Source: Lactobacillaceae bacterium
Lineage (GTDB): Bacteria > Pseudomonadota > Alphaproteobacteria > RF32 > CAG-239
Assembly: GCA_031271345.1 (NCBI GenBank)
Contig: JAISVX010000003.1
Coordinates: 437,223 to 501,222, forward strand
DNA length: 64,000 nt
Reading direction: 5' to 3'
Part shown: one piece after another, positions 30,193 to 39,833 of the stretch
Numbering within the stretch: position 1 is the first letter of the stretch
Layout: each line of letters opens with the position of its first letter
The notes under the pieces: model-generated
What the model was told of the DNA's origin: nothing
Seen by the model: the letters and a program-made list of their open reading frames with translations, nothing else
Database searches by the model: none
Position numbers and translations under genes: made by a program

Positions 30193-30861
30193 CTATAAGC
30201 CTGTCTTTCCCTGAACTGATACCCAGTCTTCCGCAAAAGCGTCGACAGCTTTTTTTACCATTGCAGATTCAAAAACATCATGAAGCAGCGACGGCTGGAG
30301 CGTTATTGAATGAGCGCCGGCTAAAAGCGCTTGATTTACCTGCGATATATTCTTGAAACTTGCCGCTAAAATTTTTGTTTTGCTGTCATTTCTATCAATC
30401 ATTTCTCTAAAAGCATAAACGGCCTCAGCCGCGTCAATATCAATATTCTCCATACGGTTATAATATGGGGCAATAAAATCCGCTCCGCATGCTATCGCCA
30501 TAAAGCCCTGAATTTTTGAATATATTGCCGTTGCGGTAATATTAACGTTTTCTTTCTTCAGCACTCTTATTGCCTTCAGACCTTCTTCCGTCGTTGGTAT
30601 TTTTATGTATGTTTGTTTGCCGACGTTTGCAAGAATCTGCTTTGCTTCATTAATCATACCGCCAGCATCTTTTGCCAAAACCTGAATATGAAGGCTTCTC
30701 TCGTCGCCGATTATTTCTCTTATTTTTCTCGCATGAGAAAACAAGTCTATTCTGCCCTCTGCCTTTAATATGCTCGGATTACTTGTAACCCCTGTCATCG
30801 GATATATATCCATATATTTTTTTATATCCTCAATATTTGCCGTATCAAACATAAATTCCAT
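30193..30861 (-). CDS. Fructose-6-phosphate aldolase / short transaldolase (TalC/Fsa family)
   Basis: 222 aa. FDTANIEDIKKY...TGVTSNPSIL is the transaldolase-family N-terminus with the Schiff-base Lys region. Confidence 0.75.
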   Translation of the reverse strand: MEFMFDTANIEDIKKYMDIYPMTGVTSNPSILKAEGRIDLFSHARKIREIIGDERSLHIQVLAKDAGGMINEAKQILANVGKQTYIKIPTTEEGLKAIRVLKKENVNITATAIYSKIQGFMAIACGADFIAPYYNRMENIDIDAAEAVYAFREMIDRNDSKTKILAASFKNISQVNQALLAGAHSITLQPSLLHDVFESAMVKKAVDAFAEDWVSVQGKTGL

Positions 30862-30879
30862 ATCAATAACCTCCGAATT

Positions 30880-30953
30880 AATCCTCTTAAATTTCCGCCA
30901 TTAAAAAATCCCACCAGACGGTGAGATTTTTTAATGGCGGAGAGACTGAGATT
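30880..30953 (-). repeat. Copy 1 of a ~74-bp direct repeat: a terminator hairpin plus the 3' 20 nt of tRNA-Ser(UGA)
   Basis: The segment ccgccattaaaaaatcccaccagacggtgagattttttaatggcggagagactgagatt is nearly identical to 31056-31128, with 2-3 mismatches. It contains the inverted repeat aaaaaatcccacc/ggtgagatttttt. Confidence 0.55.
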
Positions 30954-31055
30954 ACTCTGCGCTGTGCTTGAGTTGCACCGGCGCTCGTTCGCTTCCGCTC
31001 ACCAGCATACTCACGTCTGCTTCTCGCTGGTAGTCGAACTCATTACCCTGAGTTC

Positions 31056-31109
31056 AAATCACTTAATTTCTGCCATTAAAAAATCCCACCAGATGGTGAG
31101 ATTTTTTAA
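31056..31109 (-). terminator. Rho-independent terminator immediately downstream of tRNA-Ser(UGA) (copy 2 of the repeat)
   Basis: Read on the minus strand it is aaaaaatctcacc-atct-ggtgggatttttt followed by a T-run. Confidence 0.55.
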
Positions 31110-31199
31110 TGGCGGAGAGACTGAGATTCGAACTCAGGGAGGACTCGCATCCTCGACGGTTTTCAAGACCGCTGCATTAAACCGCTCTGCCATCTCTCC
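31110..31199 (-). tRNA. tRNA-Ser (anticodon UGA), long variable arm
   Basis: The reverse complement gives GGAGAGAUGGCAGAGCGG... Anticodon stem cggt/accg with loop cuUGAaa. T-arm GAGTTCGAATCTC. 3' end ...TCTCTCC-G-CCA. 90 nt. Confidence 0.85.
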
Positions 31200-31214
31200 A
31201 TATATCAATTGCCA

Positions 31215-31352
31215 AACTTCTATATCTTAGGACTTCGTCCTAACGACGGTTTTGGCTCCGCCGCTTCAACAGCTTCGCTATTTTGCTTGCTCTCCGACCT
31301 TCGCTAACGCTTCGGTTCAAGACCAGACTATATTAACAGCTCTGCCATCTCT
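31215..31352 (-). pseudogene. Degenerate tRNA-Ser-like sequence with a ~65-nt insertion in the anticodon region, lacking a T-arm and 3' end
   Basis: The 5' end GGAGAGATGGCAGAGCTG on the minus strand (31334-31352 on plus) matches the first 16 nt of the intact tRNA-Ser. The segment ...AAAACCGTCGTTAGGACGAAGTCCT matches the anticodon-stem/variable-arm region. A GC-rich insertion lies between them. Confidence 0.4.
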
Positions 31353-31437
31353 CCATTACTTCGGATGTTTTACATAAAACTTTTATAAAGGTCAAGTTTT
31401 TTTTATATTTTTACAAAAAATAAAAAACTTTTATTTT

Positions 31438-31524
31438 TGGTGCGACTAAGAAGACTTGAACTTCCACCGAGAAACCTCGACTAGTACCTGAAACTAGCGC
31501 GTCTACCAATTCCGCCATAGTCGC
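31438..31524 (-). tRNA. tRNA-Leu (anticodon CAG)
   Basis: The reverse complement gives GCGACTATGGCGGAATTGGTAGACGCGCTAGTttCAGgtACTAGT...GGAAGTTCAAGTCTTCTTAGTCGCACCA. Acceptor gcgacta/tagtcgc, discriminator A, encoded CCA. Confidence 0.8.
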
Positions 31525-31649
31525 AAAACTTAACTTATTATTAGACTAACCTTTTACATAAATATTCCTAAAAGGTAAAGATATTATTTCAATTTTTTAT
31601 AAAAAAAATTCCTTACCTCTAAAGAGTTTTAATTATCTCGAAGTCCAAA

Positions 31650-33041
31650 CTATGCTCTCTTCCAATTTGTTCCCTGAGGCGTGTCTTCCAAAACAATTCC
31701 CTGTTCTTTAAGCTCTTCTCTAATCCTGTCAGCCAAAGCATAGTCCTTGTTTCTCTTTGCCTCCATGCGGGATTGTATTTTTGCCTCAATATCTTCTTCG
31801 CTCATATCACATGTGGTCAAAGCTTTAAACCAAACCTCCGGCTCCTGCCATAAAAGCCCCATTAACTCGGCGCTGGCGAGCAGTTTTGATTTGACCGCAG
31901 ATTTTTCTTCATCTGTCCGCGCCTTATTTAAATCGCCGGCAATCTCATGCAGATAAGATATTGCAAGAGGCGTATTTAAATCGTCGCAAAGAGCCTCCAC
32001 TACTCTTTCATCCGGCTCGACGACTTTTATTTCCGCATCGTCAACTTTGAGGAGAGCATTATAAAACTTATCCAACGTAGATTTTGCAGCATCCAGACCG
32101 TCAAACGTAAAATTATACGGCTGATGATAGTGCGTGCTTAAAAACGCCAGCCTCAACGCTTCCGCAGGATGATTTCTACCCAAAATATCAATAACCGTAT
32201 AAAAATTGCCCAAAGATTTAGACATTTTTTCGCCATTAACCATAAGCATGCCCGCATGCACCCAATATTTTGCATAGCTGTCGTCAGGGTGCGCACACAT
32301 GGATTGGGCGCATTCGTTTTCATGGTGCGGAAAAATCAAATCATTTCCGCCGCCATGAATATCAAACGAGTTTCCCAAATATTTCGAACTCATGGCAGAG
32401 CATTCCAAGTGCCATCCGGGACGACCATATCCCCAAGGGCTGTCCCATCCCTGCTCGCCTTTTTCTTTATCCGCCGGTTTCCAAAGCACAAAATCAGCCG
32501 AATTATTTTTATAACATCCGACTTCAACTCTGGCTCCCGCCAAAAGTTCTTTTAAGGGTCTGCCAGATAAATATCCATAATTAGGCATCGATTCTACAGA
32601 AAACAAAACATGTCCTTCCGACGTATATGCATGACCGTTTTTCAAAAGGAGTTCGACAAGTTTAATCATTTCGGGAATAAACTCCGTTGCCTTTGGACGA
32701 TAGTTCGGCTCCAAAACGTTTAAGCTCCCCATATCTTCAAAATACCAGCGGCAGGTTTCTTCCGTAATTTCAAATATCGGTTTGCGCATCTGCGCTGCTT
32801 TGTTTAAAATTTTATCGTCAACATCCGTAATATTAGACACATAAGTTACATGTTCGCCGCCAAATATATACTTAAGCAGACGAAACCATGCGTCAAATAT
32901 AACGGCTGTTTTAGCGTTTCCTAAATGCGCCCTGTCATAAACCGTAGGTCCGCATACATACATACGCACATTCTTAGCGTCAATCGGCTTAAACTCCTCT
33001 TTTTTGCGAGTCAGAGTGTTATGTACATATATATTTCTCAT
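31650..33041 (-). CDS. cysS: Cysteine--tRNA ligase
   Basis: HLGNAKT (HIGH-type) and KMSKSLGN (KMSKS) motifs. Start taken at the ATG at 33041 (MRNIYVHNTLTRKK). Confidence 0.85.
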   Translation of the reverse strand: MRNIYVHNTLTRKKEEFKPIDAKNVRMYVCGPTVYDRAHLGNAKTAVIFDAWFRLLKYIFGGEHVTYVSNITDVDDKILNKAAQMRKPIFEITEETCRWYFEDMGSLNVLEPNYRPKATEFIPEMIKLVELLLKNGHAYTSEGHVLFSVESMPNYGYLSGRPLKELLAGARVEVGCYKNNSADFVLWKPADKEKGEQGWDSPWGYGRPGWHLECSAMSSKYLGNSFDIHGGGNDLIFPHHENECAQSMCAHPDDSYAKYWVHAGMLMVNGEKMSKSLGNFYTVIDILGRNHPAEALRLAFLSTHYHQPYNFTFDGLDAAKSTLDKFYNALLKVDDAEIKVVEPDERVVEALCDDLNTPLAISYLHEIAGDLNKARTDEEKSAVKSKLLASAELMGLLWQEPEVWFKALTTCDMSEEDIEAKIQSRMEAKRNKDYALADRIREELKEQGIVLEDTPQGTNWKRA

Positions 33042-33110
33042 TTTTCTCTCCCAATATAAAAACTTCCCGCATAGTAATGGGCTGTGCATATAAATTCAAT
33101 TTATAAAAAA

Positions 33111-33797
33111 CTATTCATCTTCTGGAACAGCGTTCTCAACAATGATTTGATTATTTCTTTCGGTCGATACGGTTACAGTTTCCAAATCTTCTAAAAACCA
33201 TGTTATGTCCCCGTCATTGCTGTTTATCATATCCGCAAACCGATTCCTATAAGTAAGGATAAAACTTGTCTCGGCAATTTTAAGATCGGTAAGCATAATG
33301 TTGCCATTTTTTTCGTGCAGCCTGAACTCAACCAGAATACTTGCATTCTCAGGACTGTCAGGCTTGCTGTTTTCCAACGCTTTCAAAGTTATATTAGCCA
33401 AAACCAAAGTATAATCTTTTTCTTCCAAAGCTTTTACTATCTCATATTCGATTGTATCTTCATCAAACTGCAGCGGATAACTTTTATACAAAGCCAAAGA
33501 ATATCTTTTAAACAAAGGAACATAAAATTCTCTTTGTTTTGGAGTCATCATTCTCCAATATTTTCCCATGACAAATTGCGCGACATGGTCTAAATCGACA
33601 TAGTTCAGGAACAAATCATCAAGTACTTGATATTTTTCAACCACATCGCCGTTTGCCAAGGCGCTGATAAGGGCTTTTCCTTTTTCTTCGCTCCATTCGC
33701 GGGCTTTTTCAGCGGAAACAGACGCGGCGTTAACTCCCGTTGTGAGAAAAATACTCATACAAAAGATAATAAGTTGTAAAAAATACTTACTTTTCAT
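33111..33797 (-). CDS. MlaC/Ttg2D-like periplasmic phospholipid-binding protein
   Basis: 228 aa. It has a signal peptide, and the length and helical pattern (for example KYWRMMTPKQREFYVPLFKRY) are typical of the toluene-tolerance Ttg2D family. Confidence 0.55.
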   Translation of the reverse strand: MKSKYFLQLIIFCMSIFLTTGVNAASVSAEKAREWSEEKGKALISALANGDVVEKYQVLDDLFLNYVDLDHVAQFVMGKYWRMMTPKQREFYVPLFKRYSLALYKSYPLQFDEDTIEYEIVKALEEKDYTLVLANITLKALENSKPDSPENASILVEFRLHEKNGNIMLTDLKIAETSFILTYRNRFADMINSNDGDITWFLEDLETVTVSTERNNQIIVENAVPEDE

Positions 33798-33844
33798 AAA
33801 AAAATCCTTATACTATGTTAAATCTAGTTAACAATATAACATGA

Positions 33845-34882
33845 ATGGTTAATAAAATGAAATTAAATTTATTCATATTCTCAATTTTTCTTGGTCTTGG
33901 CATATCATCTGCCAGTGCGGATGATAATATCGGTCTTAGAACAATAACTCAGGACGGCAGAGTAAAATGCGGAACCGACATATCCTCAAAAACATTGGCA
34001 TATAAAGACGCGGATGGTTTTTGGCATGGTTATGCTGTTGACTGGTGCAAAATTTTTGCCAAAGCAATGCTTGACAGATCCGATGCTTTTGAAATGATTG
34101 ATATCAGTGAAGAAGATATGGAATCAGCTTTTTCTATGGATAAAATAGATATAATGATTGGCGCTGGTCCAATTAGCGCGAACAAAGAATATAAATCAGA
34201 AACAATTGCCGCGAACACCATTTTGTATGATTACCAGAGCATAATGGTCAGAAAAATTGACGGCGCAAAATCTTTGCAAGACTATAAAGGCGAAAGAGTA
34301 TGCGCTATTGCAGACTCTACCGAAGCAAGCAATATGAAAAAATATATTGATACTTATAACCTTGATTTGTCAGTGCTTCCCCTAAAAGATAAAAAACAGG
34401 CTAGAGAAGCTTTTATGCTTAAGCGCTGCAACCTTATAACCGGCAGCAAAGCATATTTAATCTCCATGCATCAAAATAATTTGGGAGGAAAAGACACCTT
34501 CCAGATAATCCCTGAGAATGTCGGCGTAAAGCAAGAATATGTCTATGTAAAATACGCAAACAACAAGCTGAGAGTTTTAACCAAATGGGTTATAAATTCT
34601 ATGCAGCTGGCTGAAGAAAATGATATAAATTCTCAAAATATCGGCATAATCATCGGCATTAATGACGTATCTCTAAAAAATCTTTTAGGCGATAACGAAG
34701 CGACATGGAAAAGTTTAGGGCTTAATAATCCTAAATGGGTAAGAGACGCTATTGGCGAGTTCGGAAATTTTGGAGAAATATATGACCGCAACTTTGGTAC
34801 TGAAACGATTTTCAAATTTGAAAGAGGAAACAACAATCTTCATGATAATGGCGGATTAATTATTCCGCATCCGTTCTTATAA
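33845..34882 (+). CDS. Periplasmic solute-binding protein (family 3, amino-acid ABC-type), orphan
   Basis: Signal peptide, then LRTITQDGRVKCGTD...GFWHGYAVDWCKIFAKAM, which is the PBP type-2 fold pattern. No permease or ATPase gene is adjacent. Confidence 0.6.
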   Translation: MVNKMKLNLFIFSIFLGLGISSASADDNIGLRTITQDGRVKCGTDISSKTLAYKDADGFWHGYAVDWCKIFAKAMLDRSDAFEMIDISEEDMESAFSMDKIDIMIGAGPISANKEYKSETIAANTILYDYQSIMVRKIDGAKSLQDYKGERVCAIADSTEASNMKKYIDTYNLDLSVLPLKDKKQAREAFMLKRCNLITGSKAYLISMHQNNLGGKDTFQIIPENVGVKQEYVYVKYANNKLRVLTKWVINSMQLAEENDINSQNIGIIIGINDVSLKNLLGDNEATWKSLGLNNPKWVRDAIGEFGNFGEIYDRNFGTETIFKFERGNNNLHDNGGLIIPHPFL

Positions 34883-34925
34883 TATTATATCAAAACAAAA
34901 AAGCAGAGCTTCTACTCTGCTTTTT

Positions 34926-35630
34926 TTATACGGCGATTTTCTTCGCGCTCTTTCTCTGAATAAACCTTAGAGCCAGCTCCATTCCCTCTTCCGTCAGTCT
35001 GTGCTGACCGTTATGTATTGCATGCGCCGCAACCTGGCATCCGATTTCTTCTAAATTTTCTTTTGTATATTCCAAAGCTTCAAACCTGACCTGATTATCA
35101 ACCTCTCCATGAATTAATAAACTGTCTGGAACGCTTTTATAGTTATTTTTTATATATTCCCTCGGAGCAAATATCCCGCCAAAGCTAATCAACCCTCCGA
35201 CTTCTTCATCTCTCATAAGCGAGGTAAATACAGCCAACGTGCCGCCTTGAGAATATCCGCATATATATAAGTCTTTGCTGGCGATGTCATATTCGCTCAA
35301 ACAGTTGTCAATATAAGGATTAATCAAATCAAAGGCTTCAATAATCCCCGGCTTCATTCTGTCATAGATACCTAAATACTCATTCCAGTCATCAATAAAT
35401 TTCCTGTCATCATTCGGATCAAATCTGTGCATTGAATACCACTGAAATTTTTTTGGATATATTTCGCATACATGAGGCGACTGCGGAATATGTATTGCCA
35501 CATCATCTAAATTATCTAACAGCACCGTTACATTTTTATCAATATAATCCGGGCTGTCGATATAACCATGAAGAAAGACTATAAGCTTCTTAGGGTATCC
35601 TTTTATGTGAACAATTTCTTCGGTTATCAT
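34926..35630 (-). CDS. Alpha/beta-hydrolase, phospholipase/carboxylesterase family
   Basis: HGYIDSPD, the nucleophile elbow GYSQGG, and HGEVDNQV. Confidence 0.65.
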   Translation of the reverse strand: MITEEIVHIKGYPKKLIVFLHGYIDSPDYIDKNVTVLLDNLDDVAIHIPQSPHVCEIYPKKFQWYSMHRFDPNDDRKFIDDWNEYLGIYDRMKPGIIEAFDLINPYIDNCLSEYDIASKDLYICGYSQGGTLAVFTSLMRDEEVGGLISFGGIFAPREYIKNNYKSVPDSLLIHGEVDNQVRFEALEYTKENLEEIGCQVAAHAIHNGQHRLTEEGMELALRFIQRKSAKKIAV

Positions 35631-36108
35631 AATCTAAAACACCTCCGCCAAACCCTAAACATCTCTATCATATAAGCGTTAAAATAAAATAAACAATCTT
35701 TACATAAAAGTCTTCCTATGTTAAATTGGACAAACTTCTTACGCATTAGCAGATTATTTAATTTATTAATCTTAAATACTGATAAATATGAAAAAGCTTT
35801 TTTATTCAAAAGAAAATTTCTTCCTGTGGTTAATCTTTTTATTGGCTCTTCCTGTACAATGGCGGGGAGATTATAAAAGAAAAAGATGGCTGAGAAAACA
35901 AGAATGGTACCAAAACATCAAAATACGAAGACTCGAAAACTTAGGTTAATTTTAGTCAAACTTAAATATATATTTTTATAACTGACTGAAAAACTACTAC
36001 GACAGAAAAAAAGAGGTTGAGTATATGAGTGAAATAACAATAAATGGAAAAGTCTTTCAACCTATACTCCTGTAATCTCAAAAATTTTGAGTCCGAAAAT
36101 TAAACGAA

Positions 36109-36145
36109 CCATCCCACAAAAAAACAGAGGCTTTTTTAAGCCTCT
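36109..36145. terminator. Rho-independent terminator downstream of gyrA
   Basis: acagaggc/ttttttaa/gcctctgt hairpin flanked by A-runs and T-runs. Confidence 0.5.
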
Positions 36146-36164
36146 GTTTTTATTTATTATCAAC

Positions 36165-38972
36165 TTATGATAACTCTCCTGGAATATCCGCTTCAGACAC
36201 TTCTTCTAAATCTGGGACATCTTCTCCCAAGATTTCAGAACCTGTGTCTTCTTCCAGTTCCTCGTCGTCTCCTTCGTCCGCATCAAGCCATGTAACGCTG
36301 ACTACGTTTTCATTATCCGCGGTTCTAAACAAGATAACTCCCTGAGTTTTACGTCCAGCAATACGAATATCCTCAACAGGCATTCTTATAAGCTTTCCGC
36401 CGTCTGTTACCATCATAATATGATTATCATCCTCAATCGGGAACGAGCTTACAACTTCTTTATTGCGCGCTGACATTTCCATATTGGCAATACCAGAACC
36501 GCCGCGGCCGGTTATGCGGTATTCATAAGAAGAAGAACGCTTTCCGTAACCCGTTGACGTAACAGACAAGATAAACTGTTCGGCTTCTTCCATCTCTTTG
36601 TATCTTTCCAAAGACAAGCCGTCCTGAAGATAAGACGTAACTGAAACAGGAGCATTTGGCTCTTCTGCTTCCGCGCGTTTGAACGCGTTTGAAGCTTTTA
36701 GATACGCTTCCCTTTCTTCCGACGTCGCAGAAATATGTTTCAATATAGACATTGAAATAACTTCGTCTTTTGACGCAAGTTTAACGCCTCTGACACCTGT
36801 AGAGTTGCGTCCTACAAACACACGAACATCTGTAACAGGGAAACGGATACATTTGCCTTGTCTTGTAGACAATAAGACATCCTCGTCTTCATTGCATATT
36901 CTAACATTTATAAGTTTGTCGTCATCTTCAAGCTTCATGGCAATCTTGCCGTTAGATTGTACGCTTACAAAATCCATTAAACTGTTGCGGCGGACATTGC
37001 CTGATTTTGTAGAGAACATAATAAACAAGTTTTTGCAATCTTCCTCGTTCTCCGGCAGCTTCATAACTGTTGTGATAGTCTCGCCTTCATCCAACGGCAG
37101 AAGATTGATAAACGGTTTGCCTTTTGATGTCGGAGAACCAAGAGGAAGCTTGTAAACCTTCATTTTATATACAAGACCTTTGGATGAGAAGAACAACACT
37201 GGAGTATGAGTGCTTGCAACAAACAAACGAGACACAAAATCTTCTTCTTTCGTTGACATGCCGGACTTGCCTTTGCCGCCGCGTTTTTGCGCTCTATATG
37301 CATTTAACGGAACACGTTTGATATAACCGGCGTCGGTAACGGTAACCACCATCTCTTCGCGCTGAATAAGAGACTCAACATCAGTGTCATATTCAATTTC
37401 TTCAATAATCGAGCGGCGCGGAGTTGCGTATTCGTCTTTAATTTCAACCAGCTCGTCTCTCATAATTGAATATAGCTTTTCACGGCTTGCAAGAATAGAA
37501 AGAAATTCTTTAATATCATCTCCAAGAGACCTTAACTCTTCATGAATCTTATCTCTTTCCAAACCTGTCAAACGGTGCAGCCTCAAATCAAGAATAGCTT
37601 TTGCCTGTTCTTCCGAAAGTTTATAGTAGCCGTTGACAACTTTTCTGTCCGGCTCGTCGATAAGCTGAACCAGAGGCTCGACGTCTTTTGCAGGCCAGTT
37701 TGTCGCCAACAATTTCTCTTTCGCTTCCTGAGGGTTTGCAGCGCCTCTAATCATCTCGATTACGGGATCCAGATTTTCAACGGCAATCGCAAGACCTACC
37801 AAAGTGTGCGCCCTGTCTCTTGCTTTGTTCAGCAAATATATTGTGCGGCGTCGGATAACTTCTTCCCTAAACTCAATAAACGCCTGAATAATGTCTCTTA
37901 AGTTCATCATCATTGGGCGACCATGGTTAATCGCCAGCATATTCATGCCAAAACTGGTTTGCAGAGAAGTAAATTTATAAAGCTGGTTAAGAACAACATC
38001 CGCCTGAAAGTCTTTTTTAATTTCAATAACAACGCGGACGCCCTGACGGTCGCTCTCGTCTCTAATGTCGGAAATGCCTTCGATTTTCTTTTCTTTTACC
38101 AATTCGGCAATCCTGGAAACCAAAACCGCTTTATTCACCTGGTATGGAACTTCATGAACAATGATTGCTTCTTTGTCTTTACGAATTTCTTCAATTGTGC
38201 ATTTTGCGCGCATTACAACCGAACCGCGACCGGTCAGATACGCAGATTTTGCGCCGCTCTGTCCAAGGATTAGACCGCCGGTAGGAAAATCCGGTCCGGG
38301 AACAAGGCTGATTAAATCGTCAATTGTAACATTCGGATTGTCAATATACGCGCAGCAGGCATCGACAATCTCACCTAAATTGTGCGGAGGAATATTTGTC
38401 GCCATACCAACCGCAATACCGCTGGTTCCATTAACCAGCAGATTAGGAAAGCGCGCCGGCATAACAGACGGCTCAGATTCGCTTTCATCATAGTTTGGAA
38501 CAAAGTCTACGGTATCTTTATCCAGGTCCTCAACCATTGTTTGAGAAACTTTCTGCAGACGCGCTTCCGTATAACGCATAGCCGCCGCGCCGTCGCCATC
38601 CATAGAACCAAAGTTGCCCTGACCTTCAACCAGAGGAACTCTCATTGAAAAATCCTGAGCCATACGCACCATTGCGTCATAAACCGCCGTATCGCCGTGC
38701 GGATGGTATTTACCCAGTACTTCACCCACGATACGCGCAGATTTTTTATAAGCTTTATTATAAACAATGCCCATTTCGTTCATCGCATAAACAATACGCC
38801 TATGCACGGGTTTCAAACCGTCGCGGGCATCAGGCAACGCGCGGGAAACAATAACGCTCATCGCATAATCTAAGTACGAGCGCTTCATTTCGTCTGAAAT
38901 TGCTATTGTTTTTACATTTCTATTGTTCACAGAAACAGCATCTATATGATTTTCTTCTGCCATATTAGTCAC
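36165..38972 (-). CDS. gyrA: DNA gyrase subunit A
   Basis: 935 aa. The quinolone-resistance-determining region reads [10 protein letters not shown] and the active-site Tyr region is present. The C-terminal domain is a beta-pinwheel, followed by an acidic Asp/Glu tail. Confidence 0.95.
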   Translation of the reverse strand: MTNMAEENHIDAVSVNNRNVKTIAISDEMKRSYLDYAMSVIVSRALPDARDGLKPVHRRIVYAMNEMGIVYNKAYKKSARIVGEVLGKYHPHGDTAVYDAMVRMAQDFSMRVPLVEGQGNFGSMDGDGAAAMRYTEARLQKVSQTMVEDLDKDTVDFVPNYDESESEPSVMPARFPNLLVNGTSGIAVGMATNIPPHNLGEIVDACCAYIDNPNVTIDDLISLVPGPDFPTGGLILGQSGAKSAYLTGRGSVVMRAKCTIEEIRKDKEAIIVHEVPYQVNKAVLVSRIAELVKEKKIEGISDIRDESDRQGVRVVIEIKKDFQADVVLNQLYKFTSLQTSFGMNMLAINHGRPMMMNLRDIIQAFIEFREEVIRRRTIYLLNKARDRAHTLVGLAIAVENLDPVIEMIRGAANPQEAKEKLLATNWPAKDVEPLVQLIDEPDRKVVNGYYKLSEEQAKAILDLRLHRLTGLERDKIHEELRSLGDDIKEFLSILASREKLYSIMRDELVEIKDEYATPRRSIIEEIEYDTDVESLIQREEMVVTVTDAGYIKRVPLNAYRAQKRGGKGKSGMSTKEEDFVSRLFVASTHTPVLFFSSKGLVYKMKVYKLPLGSPTSKGKPFINLLPLDEGETITTVMKLPENEEDCKNLFIMFSTKSGNVRRNSLMDFVSVQSNGKIAMKLEDDDKLINVRICNEDEDVLLSTRQGKCIRFPVTDVRVFVGRNSTGVRGVKLASKDEVISMSILKHISATSEEREAYLKASNAFKRAEAEEPNAPVSVTSYLQDGLSLERYKEMEEAEQFILSVTSTGYGKRSSSYEYRITGRGGSGIANMEMSARNKEVVSSFPIEDDNHIMMVTDGGKLIRMPVEDIRIAGRKTQGVILFRTADNENVVSVTWLDADEGDDEELEEDTGSEILGEDVPDLEEVSEADIPGELS

Positions 38973-39026
38973 ACCAAATCATTCCTAAAATTAAATCAAA
39001 ACTTAAGTCAAAAAACATATATAAAT

Positions 39027-39494
39027 CTAGAATGGAATATCATCGTCTAAATCTGGAGCGGCAGAACTGCTGTCCCAGCCAGATGACGAAGAAGAGCCTG
39101 AAAATACGTCATTGCCGCCCGCGGAAAAATCCGAACCGCCTTCTCTGCCGTCGAGAAGCACTAAAGAACCGCCAAAGTTTTGCAAGACCACCTCTGTAGA
39201 ATATCTTTCCTGACCGTTTGTATCTTCCCACTTGCGTGTTTGGAGCTGTCCTTCAAGATATACTTTCGAACCTTTTTTCAAATATCTTTCTGCTATATCA
39301 GCAAGTTGAGGATTAAAAATAACCACACGGTGCCATTCGGTACGCTCTTTTCTTTCCCCAGACAGCTTATCCTTCCAAGAATCAGAAGTCGCGATACTCA
39401 AATTAACAATCTTGCTTCCATTAGCAGTGTGGCTAACTTTTGGCTCATTGCCAAGATTACCAACTAAAATTACTTTATTTATACTTCCAGCCAT
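39027..39494 (-). CDS. ssb: Single-stranded DNA-binding protein
   Basis: Start taken at the ATG at 39494 ([15 protein letters not shown]). An OB-fold is followed by a Gly/Ser-rich region and an acidic C-terminal DDDIPF tip. Confidence 0.85.
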   Translation of the reverse strand: MAGSINKVILVGNLGNEPKVSHTANGSKIVNLSIATSDSWKDKLSGERKERTEWHRVVIFNPQLADIAERYLKKGSKVYLEGQLQTRKWEDTNGQERYSTEVVLQNFGGSLVLLDGREGGSDFSAGGNDVFSGSSSSSGWDSSSAAPDLDDDIPF

Positions 39495-39596
39495 AAAAAA
39501 ATCACCTTTAAAATAGGATCTCAAATACAATCAACCCTTTATGTTTTCTACATTCGACCTAATATACACCGAATAAAAAGATAATGAAACAAAAAC

Positions 39597-39611
39597 GAAC
39601 AAAATATACAC
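39597..39611. promoter_or_regulatory. Candidate LexA (SOS) box upstream of ssb
   Basis: GAACAAAATATACAC; its reverse complement is GTGT-N7-GTTC. It shares the GAACAAAA core with the recA and uvrA boxes. It overlaps a perfect 16-bp palindrome TACACAAATTTGTGTA at 39607-39622. Confidence 0.3.
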
Positions 39612-39659
39612 AAATTTGTGTACATTCTGCTGTAAAAATTTATATAAAGAAGATTTCCA

Positions 39660-39806
39660 TTACCAATTATAATTGACGCCTAAGTTTATAGAAGAAGCGT
39701 TATGCTTTGCGGCGAACGACGAAAAATCAAACTCCTCCGCTTGCGCCGGAATAGCGAGAAGAAGCGAGAATAAAAAAGGCAAGCATAAAGTTCTTTTTTT
39801 AATCAT
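39660..39806 (-). CDS. Small (48 aa) signal-peptide-bearing peptide, hypothetical. It is below the ORF-track cutoff
   Basis: An AAGGA ribosome-binding site lies 8 nt upstream. Translation MIKKRTLCLPFLFSLLLAIPAQA/EEFDFSSFAAKHNASSINLGVNYNW. It sits directly downstream of the LivJ-like solute-binding-protein gene. Confidence 0.25.
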   Translation of the reverse strand: MIKKRTLCLPFLFSLLLAIPAQAEEFDFSSFAAKHNASSINLGVNYNW

Positions 39807-39833
39807 ATTTCAAAATCCTTATAGCGTGCAATT

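Noticed and set aside
30934-31230. 98-aa plus-strand ORF (MAERLRLLCAVLELHRRS...)
   Set aside because: It lies entirely over tRNA-Ser(UGA), its terminator and the duplicated tRNA fragments. Its GC-rich codons derive from tRNA and repeat sequence.
30880-31352. Possibility that the tRNA-Ser fragments form a permuted two-piece tmRNA (ssrA)
   Set aside because: There is no G3:U70 alanine identity pair (the acceptor stem is Ser-type), and no tag-peptide reading frame ending in AA-stop is found on either strand.
35627-35809. 60-aa minus-strand ORF and nearby 53-aa plus-strand ORF (35788-35949)
   Set aside because: They sit in an AT-rich intergenic or promoter region with no ribosome-binding site or recognisable features. 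They are probably non-coding.
36679-38854. Multiple plus-strand ORFs of 65-158 aa inside gyrA
   Set aside because: They are antisense to a highly conserved gene. This is a typical frame-shadow effect.
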